From Candidatus Bathyarchaeia archaeon (GTDB lineage Archaea; Thermoproteota; Bathyarchaeia; Bathyarchaeales; Bathycorpusculaceae): a stretch of 64,000 nucleotides of DNA. This document shows positions 29,888 through 39,215 of this stretch, piece by piece. The notes beneath the pieces were generated by a model that saw nothing but the letters and a program-made list of their open reading frames with translations, did no database searches and had not been told where the DNA came from. Position numbers and translations under genes: made by a program. Numbering within the stretch: the stretch's first letter is position 1; each line of letters begins with the position of its first letter. The stretch covers positions 1 through 64,000 of the forward strand of contig JAVYWL010000002.1 of the NCBI GenBank assembly GCA_038727135.1, read 5' to 3'.

Positions 29888-30376
29888 CTATTCGCCTCGC
29901 CTTCTATAATGCTCTATAATTTTCTGCTTAATCTTCGAAGAGCTGTCCAGCTCATCCTCGCCAAACTTGCCAATCCTAACAACCTTAATTTTGAGCCCCT
30001 TCTCCCTCACATAATCCTTAACTGCCTTCTCCATCCCATCCTGGTCGTGGCCGACTGCAATAACGTCTGGCTTAATCTTTTCAATAACCTTGCCTATGTT
30101 AAAGTCTTCATAGCCCAAAATGGCTTCATCCACAACCTTTAAAGACTCTACAAGTGCCCGCCGCTGGTTTTCAGGTATAACCGGCTTTGAGCCCTTACGT
30201 TTTTCAACCGTGCTGTCCCTAGCCACAATGACGATTAGCTCGGCGTTTTTCCCGCCAGCTTTTTTGGCTTCCTCCAGATAACGCACATGCCCGAGATGAA
30301 GGAGGTCGAAAACTCCTGAAGCCAAAACTACCTTCCGCTTTCTTTTCCGCTCTTTTCCTTTTTCCTCTTTGGCCAT
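29888..30376 (-). CDS. ribL: FAD synthase
   Basis: GVFDLLHLGH, VARD, GHDQ, SSSKIK; adjacent to ribK. Confidence 0.88.
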   Translation of the reverse strand: MAKEEKGKERKRKRKVVLASGVFDLLHLGHVRYLEEAKKAGGKNAELIVIVARDSTVEKRKGSKPVIPENQRRALVESLKVVDEAILGYEDFNIGKVIEKIKPDVIAVGHDQDGMEKAVKDYVREKGLKIKVVRIGKFGEDELDSSSKIKQKIIEHYRRRGE

Positions 30377-30627
30377 TCAAACTTCACCATTCCCAACATT
30401 TTTAAGGCGTCGAGCAGTCCCTCACAGTACGCTACAGAAGCGAGGCTGACTTCTAGTTTTCCCTCATCCCTATAATACTTTGCATCTTGCAGATAGGCTT
30501 TTGCAAGCTCCAAAACTTGCTTAACCTTATCCATGGAAAAATCGGCATAACCATCCACAACTGTTATTTCATCAAAAACGTGGTCTGTGGAAGCGATGTA
30601 TTTTGCAACAAGTTCTTCTAGGCTCAT
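30328..30627 (-). CDS. DUF357 family protein
   Basis: AKAYLQDAKYY..G....LASVAYCEGLLDA; follows dph5. Confidence 0.85.
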   Translation of the reverse strand: MSLEELVAKYIASTDHVFDEITVVDGYADFSMDKVKQVLELAKAYLQDAKYYRDEGKLEVSLASVAYCEGLLDALKMLGMVKFEWPKRKKEKSGKESGR

Positions 30628-31421
30628 TCCACCAACTCCAAAACGCTTGAAGGAGCATCAGCAAGCACTATCAAGGCTTCAGCTTCCATAAAATGAAGTT
30701 TTCCAGGAAAAATGAGGCTGTAGGGTGGACCGCCAAAATCATAATGCAAAAGCTCATCGACAAAGCCAGCCTTAACAGTCGGGTTTGGGCTTCCAGCCCT
30801 AGCCACCCCAACAACAAGCGTCCCGCCAGTTACAACACCCATTTTCCGCTTCTCCTCAACCTTCAAAAGGGTTTCAAGGGCTTCCCTAACACTCAAGTGG
30901 CGATTCTTTTCCATATCTATGTCTAATAGGCAGAGCGTGTGAAGCCCAAGCCCTTTGTTTTGGGCAACCACCATGTAAGGGGTTTCTGAAAAGTTTTCGG
31001 GAAAAGGGATGGTCACACTCTTACCGAACTTGTAATTGTGCAAGCCTGACAAGCCTATAGCAGCAGAAATTATAGATGCCCCGTGAATAACACGGGTTTT
31101 TATTCCACGCTTTTCAGCCGCAATTCTTATGGCTACATGCGTAGTGGCAATGAAGGGGTCTCCTGGAACCAGCAAAACGGCTTTCCCGCGCTCAGCAGCT
31201 TTCAATACGACCTCGCCATTCTCCTCCTCTAGCTCCCTTCGAGAAACAACCCTTAAATTCTTACCAGTCAAACCTTCAAAACGTTCTAAAGAAAAGTCAG
31301 GCAACAAGCTAGTGTAAAGTTCGATAAAGACGCTGTCAGCGCTCTTAACCTCCTTTAAACCTTTGAGGCTCATGCTCTCTTCATCATGCAAACCAACACC
31401 AACAAATACAAGCTCGCCCAA
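30624..31421 (-). CDS. dph5: Diphthine synthase
   Basis: FVGVGL, ELYTS, GDPFIATTH, YKFGKSVTI, LHTLCLLD, LHFMEAE. Confidence 0.95.
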   Translation of the reverse strand: MGELVFVGVGLHDEESMSLKGLKEVKSADSVFIELYTSLLPDFSLERFEGLTGKNLRVVSRRELEEENGEVVLKAAERGKAVLLVPGDPFIATTHVAIRIAAEKRGIKTRVIHGASIISAAIGLSGLHNYKFGKSVTIPFPENFSETPYMVVAQNKGLGLHTLCLLDIDMEKNRHLSVREALETLLKVEEKRKMGVVTGGTLVVGVARAGSPNPTVKAGFVDELLHYDFGGPPYSLIFPGKLHFMEAEALIVLADAPSSVLELVE

Positions 31422-31510
31422 AGTTTAAACCCTCGGCAAGCAAACCTTTAAAGCTAAATTTATAAAAGCGTTATCAAATCCATATCACACGATAAATACG
31501 GAAGTAAAAG

Positions 31511-31615
31511 GGGCCCGTAGCTCAGTAAGGTAGAGCGGCGGACCAAACCGCTGCGCGGGGTGGGTTGAGGCTCTTAACCCGTAGGTCCCGGGTTCAATTC
31601 CCGGCGGGCCCGCCA
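31511..31615 (+). tRNA. tRNA-Lys(CUU) with 28-nt non-canonical intron at position 30/31 (31542..31569); CCA encoded
   Basis: Acceptor GGGCCCG/CGGGCCC, D arm GCTC/GAGC, spliced anticodon arm GCGGG-CT CTT AA-CCCGT, T arm CCGGG TTCAATT CCCGG; BHB motif at the splice sites. Confidence 0.92.
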
Positions 31616-31763
31616 AAATTTCTAGCCAGAATTAAGATTTTCAGTTCAGATTGTTGCTTGGCAAAATTTTTGACAGCGCTCCATAAATTGACTATAAAGT
31701 GCGGCGCTAATGTTGGCTGCTTGAAGAGCCTTCCTACACCTAAAAATTCAGATTGGTGATGGC

Positions 31764-32141
31764 TTGGACGAGTTTGACAAGACGCTGTTAGAGGTGATTG
31801 ACGAGACGCTTCGTTACTCGCTTGGGGAAAAGACGGTTGAAATCTTTTACGATTATTTGAGAAGGAAGGGTTTCTCCTTGACAAATGTACCGCAAAACCC
31901 GGAATTCTTCTTCAATGAGTTGAGAAATGTGCTGGAGTTTGAGGGGCAACGCTTCCGCACAGTTTCGCCCCTCGGGATAGTTTCGCTTTTGGAGAGGACA
32001 ATAATAGAAATTCTATGCAAAAAATTTGGGGTTAAATTCGAGGAGAAAGGCCCCATAATCTTTTCGGAATGGGTGGATAAGCTAAGGGAAGCATATCTCT
32101 TCAAGCTTTCAAAGTTAAAGGTTTTAGAGAGGCGGAGGTGA
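31764..32141 (+). CDS. Small helical protein, NitrOD5/DUF3227-like archaeal signalling domain
   Basis: IDETL...LGE....IFYDYL.....PE.F...L...L.....LLE..I pattern; directly upstream of a receiver protein. Confidence 0.55.
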   Translation: MDEFDKTLLEVIDETLRYSLGEKTVEIFYDYLRRKGFSLTNVPQNPEFFFNELRNVLEFEGQRFRTVSPLGIVSLLERTIIEILCKKFGVKFEEKGPIIFSEWVDKLREAYLFKLSKLKVLERRR

Positions 32142-32145
32142 AAAT

Positions 32146-32613
32146 GTGAAGGAAAAGGCAAGCATCCTAATAGTGGACGACGACGTGGACATATGCAAAA
32201 CATTAAGCCTGATCCTTGAAGGCGAAGGTTACAGCGTGGACGTGGCTAACACTGGGGCAGAGGCAATAGGAAAGTCAAAGGAAAAGGCCTACAACGTCGC
32301 TTTGTTGGACATAGTGCTTCCAGACATGACTGGAACAGAACTCCTCAAAAAGCTCCATGAGACAACACCAAAAATGATAAAGATAATGGTGACAGGCTAC
32401 CCAAACCTCCAAAATGCTGTTGAAGCCCTAAATTACAACGCGGACGCATACCTAATAAAGCCAGTAAACTACGAAAAGCTGCTAAAAGTGATCGAGAAAA
32501 AACTGCAAAAACAGAGGGAAGAAGAAACCTTAACGGCAGAGAAAATCGCAGCTTTTGTTAAAATAAGAACCCAAAGGCTACTCCAAAAGTTAGAAAGCGA
32601 GGAAAGCGAATAA
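32146..32613 (+). CDS. Response regulator receiver (REC) protein
   Basis: ILIVDDD, LLDIVLPDMTG (phospho-Asp), VTG, YLIKP. Confidence 0.93.
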   Translation: MKEKASILIVDDDVDICKTLSLILEGEGYSVDVANTGAEAIGKSKEKAYNVALLDIVLPDMTGTELLKKLHETTPKMIKIMVTGYPNLQNAVEALNYNADAYLIKPVNYEKLLKVIEKKLQKQREEETLTAEKIAAFVKIRTQRLLQKLESEESE

Positions 32614-32670
32614 ACCACGGCGCAAACACCTTACGAATGGAAAACTTTTTAGCTAAAATTGGAGGGATGT

Positions 32671-33981
32671 TTATTTCAGTTTCTTTAATGCCTCTCTCGC
32701 TTTTTCAACCGTGTAATGGATGTCATCCTCTGTGTGGGCAGCTGAAATGTGGCATCTCTTGTTAGGTTTCGGCAGGATAAAGACTCCACTTTTCATCATT
32801 TCCCTTTGAAACTTCATGAAAAGCTCATTATTAGAGAATGTGTCCCTATAATTGGTGATTTGCTTCTTCGTAAATACTATTTGGAAGATGGACCCAAAGC
32901 CCACAACTTGAGCTTCAATTTTTAATTGGTCAATGACTTCGTTGAGTTCATTTCTAATTTCCTCTCCAAGCTTAAAGAGATGCTTGTGCGCCTCATTCCT
33001 CTCCAACTCTTCTATCGTTGCAAGGGTGGCAGCCATGGATACGGGATTGCTGTTGAAGGTGCCTCCATAGTCAACATTACCCGTAGGCCTAAAATATTCC
33101 ATGATTTCTTTTCTTCCACAGACTGCCGCCACGGGGAATCCGTTTGCCATGGCTTTAGCGAATGTTGTTAGGTCTGGCGTGACGTTGAAGATTTTTTGGG
33201 CTCCACCCAAGTGATGACGAAAGCCGGTAACCACCTCGTCAAAGATTAATACGATTCCATATTCTTCGGTGATTTCCCTCAAAAATTTTAGGAAACCCTC
33301 CTTTGGAGGAATGCAGGTGGCGCTGCCATGGAGAATCGGCTCAGTTATTAGTGCCGCTATCTCATCGTGGTGCCTCCTTATTGTTTTTTCCACAATTTCT
33401 TGGTCATTAAAGGGGACGACAATTACCTGCTTTGCCGTTTCTGGGGGGATGCCTGCTGTGTCCGGAACTGGATTTGGGTGTTCTACTGGTCCTGCCTCTT
33501 TTAGTGTTGGGTTTGTGCTGAAGGACACTATGTCGTGCCATCCATGGTAGGCACCCTCAAATTTTACAATTTTGCTTCTGCCAGTGTAAGCCCTTGCTAA
33601 TCGTATAGCGTGGTAAGTGGCTTCCGTTCCCGTATTACAAAATCTGATCATTTGGGCTGAGGGGACATGAGCCGCAATTTTCTTGGCAACTTCAACCTCC
33701 AACTCGTTACAGAGACCATAAATCACGCCTTTATCCAACTGCCTTTTAACGGCGGCTGAAACTCTCGGATGGGTGTGTCCCAAGATTACTGGTCCAAAAG
33801 CCAGATGATAATCTATGTACTGGTTGCCGTCCGCATCCCAAATCTTTGAGCCTTTAGCCATTGATATGAAAAGGGGGTAAGGTTCAAAATACCGTAGTGC
33901 GCTGTGGACGCCTCCAGGTGTAAGTTTTCTTGCCTCTTCAAAAAGCATCTTTGACCTTTCTGTCCCTTTCATGCTTATCAT
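32671..33981 (-). CDS. Class III PLP aminotransferase, GSA-aminomutase/3-aminobutyryl-CoA aminotransferase-like
   Basis: WDADGNQYIDY, GTEAT, FEGAYHG, FDEVVTGFR, FAKAMANG, GTFNSNP; overlaps the BKACE gene. Confidence 0.88.
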   Translation of the reverse strand: MISMKGTERSKMLFEEARKLTPGGVHSALRYFEPYPLFISMAKGSKIWDADGNQYIDYHLAFGPVILGHTHPRVSAAVKRQLDKGVIYGLCNELEVEVAKKIAAHVPSAQMIRFCNTGTEATYHAIRLARAYTGRSKIVKFEGAYHGWHDIVSFSTNPTLKEAGPVEHPNPVPDTAGIPPETAKQVIVVPFNDQEIVEKTIRRHHDEIAALITEPILHGSATCIPPKEGFLKFLREITEEYGIVLIFDEVVTGFRHHLGGAQKIFNVTPDLTTFAKAMANGFPVAAVCGRKEIMEYFRPTGNVDYGGTFNSNPVSMAATLATIEELERNEAHKHLFKLGEEIRNELNEVIDQLKIEAQVVGFGSIFQIVFTKKQITNYRDTFSNNELFMKFQREMMKSGVFILPKPNKRCHISAAHTEDDIHYTVEKAREALKKLK

Positions 33982-34811
33982 CTCAAGATTTTTTGGGGGA
34001 GTCCGAGGAGTTTTCTAGCCTCGCTGGGGGTGGCTATTTCTATGCCCAGCTCCTTTGCTATTCTAACAACCTTAGCCACTAATTCGGCATTGCTTTTGGC
34101 TAGGACGCCCTTGGCGAGGTAGATGTTGTCTTCCATTCCAACTCGGACGTCTCCTCCCAAAATCATTCCAAGCGTTAGAAGTTTAAATTGAACTTTGCCA
34201 CCGACGGCTATGACGTTCCACCTACAGTTTTGCGGTAAAGCCTTCACCATATGCATGAGGTTTTCCGGCGTAGCCGGAATCCCGCCCCTAACACCCAAAA
34301 CTAGTCCAAACCTAAGGGGTTCTTTTAATAACCCTTTTTCAAACAATTGAAGTGCCAGGTTTATGTGTCCAACATCATAGCATTCAATTTCTGGTTTTAT
34401 GTTTCTCTCAAGCATCATTTTCGCAATTTTTTCCACAACATCTGGGGGGTTTAGGAATACGCTGTTGCCGAAGGTCATGGTGGCCACGTTAAGCGATGCA
34501 AATTCAGGGTTTAGCTCAAGGGCGCACATCCTTTGCTCCAAAGAAATTCCATAGGGTCCACCGCCTCCTGTGGTAAGTTGAATAATCATGTCACATTTTT
34601 CTCTGATTCTTTCAACAACTTCGCGGTACAAATTAACGTCTGGGTATGGTTCCTTGGTTTTTGGGTTTCTAACGTGTATGTGAGCGACTGCTGCTCCAGC
34701 TTCGTAGGCTTTCACAGCTTCTTCGGCTATTTGCTCTGGGGTTATTGGCAGGTAAGGTGTCTCCTTCCACATTGGACCAGAACCTGTTGGAGCTACCGTT
34801 ATTATCATCAT
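33978..34811 (-). CDS. Beta-keto acid cleavage enzyme (BKACE/DUF849, Kce family)
   Basis: ITVAPTG, LPITPEQIA, HIHVR, TTGG, PEIECYD, RVGMEDN, SNAELV. Confidence 0.93.
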   Translation of the reverse strand: MMIITVAPTGSGPMWKETPYLPITPEQIAEEAVKAYEAGAAVAHIHVRNPKTKEPYPDVNLYREVVERIREKCDMIIQLTTGGGGPYGISLEQRMCALELNPEFASLNVATMTFGNSVFLNPPDVVEKIAKMMLERNIKPEIECYDVGHINLALQLFEKGLLKEPLRFGLVLGVRGGIPATPENLMHMVKALPQNCRWNVIAVGGKVQFKLLTLGMILGGDVRVGMEDNIYLAKGVLAKSNAELVAKVVRIAKELGIEIATPSEARKLLGLPQKILR

Positions 34812-34970
34812 GTTTTATCACAACACTACTCTTTGCCACTAGATGCCATAAACTTTGTCTTTTAGCTAAGGAGTGCAATTTTTATGGTCACTAAAAAATA
34901 AACTATAGGTTGAAAATCAATAACAAAGCTTAAAAAGAAATCCAAATGTAACTGAAGAAAGGGGAAGGTT

Positions 34971-36563
34971 TTGGCTGAAGTTAAGTTCGCCTTCCCAAGA
35001 AAGGCGACAGGGCTTGTCAGAGAATTAGGCTGGTGGTCAGCATTCTCCGTTTCCCTCAGCTACACCATTGGCAGCGGAATAAACTATTGGTCTGTGCAGG
35101 CTGCATATTGGCATCCAGGCTCAATAATCCCACTTGCATACATTATTGGCGCTTTACCAGCGATCTTCTTGGCCTACGTGATTACCGAAATGGGAATAAT
35201 GATGCCTAGGTCCGGAGGAAGTTACATATACGTATCAAGAGTGTTAGATCCTCACGTAGGCTTTCTAGGAGACTGGTTATACTTCGTAGCCAACAACTTT
35301 GCTACCGGAGTGTTGGCTGTAATCGGCGCTGGATTCTGGGTTAAAATGATTAACCTGCTGGGTTATGCCACCAATAATCCTGACTGGATTGCCTTCACGC
35401 TGGACAATGTGGGGTTAGGCATAATAGCCGTAGTAATAGTTACGATTTATACGCTGTTGTCATTGCTGGGCATAAGAGTGTTTAGATGGTACGTAGCGGG
35501 ACTAGTTGCCATAGGCATAGTAGGAAGCTTTCTCGGGGTTGCCGCCACCTTCTATGGAATTATGAATCCGGCTTACGTGAAGGAAGCTTGGAATTTAACG
35601 TATGGTGCAGGTTCATGGGAACAAGTGCAACAAGTAGCCATAGACAATGGTTGGGCTGATTATGTTACAACCGCCACCAAAGAGGCTGGCGGCACCGGGG
35701 GAGCAACCATACTCAATTTCGTGGACACTTTCTGGGCATACTGGGGAACAACAGCGGCATGCTATTTCGGCGGAGAAATGAAATCTCCAAAGACAGGCTT
35801 CATAGTGGGCGTTTTTGCCGCCACACTATTCGTAATGTTCTGGTATGTCTTAACAGTCATCGGCGTATATACAGCCTACGGAGACTTTGTCAGCCAATAC
35901 TGTTACGTCTATGGAGAAGGATACACGGATCAGGTGACAGCGATGACTATGTTGGATCCAAGTTTACCACTATTCACAGTGCCACTAGCGCATGGGCAGG
36001 TTTGGCTTCAAGCAATATTTGCCTTTATTCCAGCCATGTGGATTTCCAACTGCTCAGGGTCAACTCTACTTGTGGGTCCAAGGCAACCTTTCGCATGGGC
36101 CTTTGACAGATTCTTCCCAGAAGCCTTCAACCGCGTGAATGAGCGTTTCCACTCACCCCACTGGGCAATCATATTGACTGCGTTGATCGCCTACTTATTC
36201 ATACCATTAAGCCTCGGCAACGTTTTCGTGGCAACAGTGGATGCAACATTCATCTTCATCCTCAGCCAACTTCTCATAGCCTTTGCAGGTGTAATATTGC
36301 CTTATAGACGCCCGGACATCTGGGAGAGAGGGTTTAAGGCCACCTTTGCCGGCATACCAGTAATAAGCTTATGTGGCGCCTTAGCAATCTTCTTCTGGAC
36401 TTGGGGATTAGCAGTAGCTGCATCTTGGCTAACCGCTTGGGGAATGGCCTACTTGGCCTTATGGGTTTTCGTTGGCTCCCTCATATGGTTTGCTTATGCA
36501 GAGCGCAACAGAAGGATAGGCATTGCACTACAAGACATATATGGTGAAATACCACCAGCGTAA
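34971..36563 (+). CDS. APC-family amino acid/amine permease
   Basis: RKATGLVRELG, MPRSGGSYIYVSR, GGEMK, R..FAWAFDR..P, ~12 TMs. Confidence 0.9.
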   Translation: MAEVKFAFPRKATGLVRELGWWSAFSVSLSYTIGSGINYWSVQAAYWHPGSIIPLAYIIGALPAIFLAYVITEMGIMMPRSGGSYIYVSRVLDPHVGFLGDWLYFVANNFATGVLAVIGAGFWVKMINLLGYATNNPDWIAFTLDNVGLGIIAVVIVTIYTLLSLLGIRVFRWYVAGLVAIGIVGSFLGVAATFYGIMNPAYVKEAWNLTYGAGSWEQVQQVAIDNGWADYVTTATKEAGGTGGATILNFVDTFWAYWGTTAACYFGGEMKSPKTGFIVGVFAATLFVMFWYVLTVIGVYTAYGDFVSQYCYVYGEGYTDQVTAMTMLDPSLPLFTVPLAHGQVWLQAIFAFIPAMWISNCSGSTLLVGPRQPFAWAFDRFFPEAFNRVNERFHSPHWAIILTALIAYLFIPLSLGNVFVATVDATFIFILSQLLIAFAGVILPYRRPDIWERGFKATFAGIPVISLCGALAIFFWTWGLAVAASWLTAWGMAYLALWVFVGSLIWFAYAERNRRIGIALQDIYGEIPPA

Positions 36564-36570
36564 ACTTTAG

Positions 36571-37269
36571 TTACCCACCTTTTTCTTTAATTTTGGCATC
36601 AACTATTGCAAGGTAATACCCATGCAAAATTCCAGGTTTCTTAATCACCCTTATCCCTTCATAATCAATCCTCTGCAGCTTAATCTTATAATCTTCCGGT
36701 TTTAACCCATACTTCTCAATGGTTGATTTCAATTTGTCAATGTGATGTTGAACAGCCTCCTTTAACCTTCTCTTTGTAGCTTCCTCCTCTTTGACGCCGC
36801 CTTCCTCGGCAATTTTTTTAAGCTCATATTTTGTTAAGCTCAACATAAGCAAAGTTACATCCGCTAGGATGAAAAGCAAAATTATGCTTGGGAAGGACAA
36901 GAAAGTCCAATAAATCCATATAAAACCGGGAGGAAAAGTTACGCCCCTCTGCAATAAAATGGCTAAAACAACCACAATCATGAAATAGATTAATGTGACA
37001 AAATTTAAGATCTTGTTTACCCTTATCATTTTTCTAAGCTTGCCAGACTGCCCTATTTTCTTCAAAACTTTTTGGGTTTCTTTACTGAAGTATTTCAGAT
37101 ATGCCGAGTTTAAACTGACCGTTTTGGTTTTCGCCAACAACTCTTTTGGATCGTGAATTGAAGCGCTTCTTAAACCATCAAAGTAGCTAATTACAGAAAC
37201 CAGCTCACTCGATATTTTCTGAGCCTTCTTTACATCCTCCTCAGTCCATTTCACTCTAGCCGACCCCAA
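36571..37269 (-). CDS. Hypothetical 2-TM membrane protein
   Basis: 232-aa ORF, two central TMs; co-oriented downstream of the NTase gene. Confidence 0.7.
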   Translation of the reverse strand: MGSARVKWTEEDVKKAQKISSELVSVISYFDGLRSASIHDPKELLAKTKTVSLNSAYLKYFSKETQKVLKKIGQSGKLRKMIRVNKILNFVTLIYFMIVVVLAILLQRGVTFPPGFIWIYWTFLSFPSIILLFILADVTLLMLSLTKYELKKIAEEGGVKEEEATKRRLKEAVQHHIDKLKSTIEKYGLKPEDYKIKLQRIDYEGIRVIKKPGILHGYYLAIVDAKIKEKGG

Positions 37270-37332
37270 ACCTTACACTAACAACATTAGTACAAATGTG
37301 TAGGATAAGATTATTAAGACTTAGTTGGGAGT

Positions 37333-38121
37333 TTACAACCTAACTTCTTTATACCACTTTTTCTTTGTTCCAACTTGTGCTCTCTTCAACCAATCCTTGG
37401 TTTTGGGCTCCTCATCAATATACTTCAAGATTTGGTCGATCTTTGAGGTCACATCGGCAATATCTTCTGCAGTAAGTTGCTGGTACATGGGGCAGGCAGC
37501 CCTAACCTTTTTCAAGTTGGTTGTGGCTGTGTACCAGAATCCCCAATCGTTTGCAAACAGCTTAGCCATGTATTTGGCATTAATTGTTTCCGGCGCGTCA
37601 GTATCGCCAATTTTGTGGTCCCTCAGGAGGACTATGACGTCTTTGGCGTCTTTCTCTGTGAATTCCACTATTTCCAGTTTGGTTAGCAGCAAGTCGACCA
37701 ATGAGGCTGTTGGATAGTCTAGGTGGAACCTGTTTCGAAAGTCTACCTTGTGGCATAGATCTAACGCGTCATAGAAAATGTCAATGTCAACTTTCCCTCT
37801 ATAAACCTGGCGATTTCTCGTTCCAACACCACTTGTGAAGAAAAAGATGTAGGAGTCGAACTTCCAACCCCTCGTCTCAAAAAACTTTCTGATTTTCGCT
37901 CTTTCTTTATCCGGGGCGACAAAATCTATGTCTGGAAACTCTTGTCCCTCAATTCTCTTCAGCCTTTTGTGAAGGTCAATTGCCATGGGAGACGAGTGAA
38001 TTCTAATCGCTGGGCCGCCTATCAGCCTTAACGTGAGCCCTTCCTTTTTTGCCTCCTCCACTAAGTCTATGGCCAGTTTTACAATTTCCTCGGATGGCAC
38101 TTGCTTCTTTTCCTTCTCCAT
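37333..38121 (-). CDS. Uncharacterised Pol-beta-superfamily nucleotidyltransferase-like protein
   Basis: LRLIGG.A..H, DIDFV, third Asp in DIDIF, DLLLTKL..EKD..D. Confidence 0.75.
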   Translation of the reverse strand: MEKEKKQVPSEEIVKLAIDLVEEAKKEGLTLRLIGGPAIRIHSSPMAIDLHKRLKRIEGQEFPDIDFVAPDKERAKIRKFFETRGWKFDSYIFFFTSGVGTRNRQVYRGKVDIDIFYDALDLCHKVDFRNRFHLDYPTASLVDLLLTKLEIVEFTEKDAKDVIVLLRDHKIGDTDAPETINAKYMAKLFANDWGFWYTATTNLKKVRAACPMYQQLTAEDIADVTSKIDQILKYIDEEPKTKDWLKRAQVGTKKKWYKEVRL

Positions 38122-38124
38122 TAA

Positions 38125-39084
38125 TCATCCCTCCACCTTCCACCATTTCTCAATGCCATCTTTTGTGAGGTCGATGATGAAGCCTCTAAGCACCCCTTCG
38201 CTGTATTCTGAACCGGGGTTTATGGCTAAGGTTTTTCCTATATAGTCTGAAGCATAGGATTCATGGATGTGACCGTGCAAACTTAAGAGGGGCTGATTCT
38301 CCTCAATAAATCTTCGTATGGCTTTGCTGCCTACATTATCATAAATTATTCTTCCTAGGAAGACAACTGGCTTCAAGTTCTTATCCAGTTTTGGAGCCAA
38401 ATCCAGTTTGGTGCAATATGGTGGACAGTGGAAATTTAGGATAACTTTCCTCCAGTCGCCGGAGAACATGTTCTTTATCCTTTCCAGCTTTTTCCATAAC
38501 TCCTCTTCTGGAGCCTCTCGAGGCGTGTCCCATGGTGTAGGGTTAACCCATTCAAAACTTAGCATTTCATAGTCTAGGCATATGTTGACAACCTTTTCCA
38601 GCGGGTATATAACACGGTCCTCGTGGGCCTTTATCAATTCGTCAATTTCAAATGAGTCGTCATTTCCAGGCATCATAACAACGGTGACGTCTTTGGGCAG
38701 TTTTTCATCAATCATGTTAAGCCATCTTTGAAGTCTCTCTTTCATGTAACCGCGGAATAATTCGTCAACCCTTTTTGGATTCTTCATAAGCTCGTCATAC
38801 TCGTCTTGGCTGCAAACATGAGTGTAAAATCCGCTGAAAGTAATCTTATCAATTAGCTTTTTTAGTTCGTCTTCGCCGCTGGCGTTTATCCATCGCCCAT
38901 AAACCATGGTCTTGTATCGGCCGGGGCTTTCCTCAATTATTGGTATTATGAGTTTTCCAGTTAAATCTCCACACAACAATAGAACATTTGCCTTATACAC
39001 TTTGGGGATTGAGAGCCACTTTCGCCAAACCATTTCGCTTCCGTGTATGTCTACGGCATGAAAGAGTCTAACTTTTTCAGCCAT
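38125..39084 (-). CDS. Calcineurin-like metallophosphoesterase (Icc-related)
   Basis: DIHG, GDLTGK, PGNDD, HCPP, HGHIHE, INPGS. Confidence 0.9.
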   Translation of the reverse strand: MAEKVRLFHAVDIHGSEMVWRKWLSIPKVYKANVLLLCGDLTGKLIIPIIEESPGRYKTMVYGRWINASGEDELKKLIDKITFSGFYTHVCSQDEYDELMKNPKRVDELFRGYMKERLQRWLNMIDEKLPKDVTVVMMPGNDDSFEIDELIKAHEDRVIYPLEKVVNICLDYEMLSFEWVNPTPWDTPREAPEEELWKKLERIKNMFSGDWRKVILNFHCPPYCTKLDLAPKLDKNLKPVVFLGRIIYDNVGSKAIRRFIEENQPLLSLHGHIHESYASDYIGKTLAINPGSEYSEGVLRGFIIDLTKDGIEKWWKVEG

Positions 39085-39215
39085 TGCAAGACCTAGGAAA
39101 TGCTTTACCCTTATCGTATATTTACCTTACTCTTTTTAAAGCAACATCAAGGTTCACTTCTGAAAATTTTATATGCAAATACATGCAATTTGATTTGATA
39201 CTCAAGGTGGAATCT

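Noticed and set aside
32671-33981. Calling this gene hemL
   Set aside because: Motifs deviate from the GSA aminomutase consensus (GGVHSALR, GTFNSNP) and the context is catabolic
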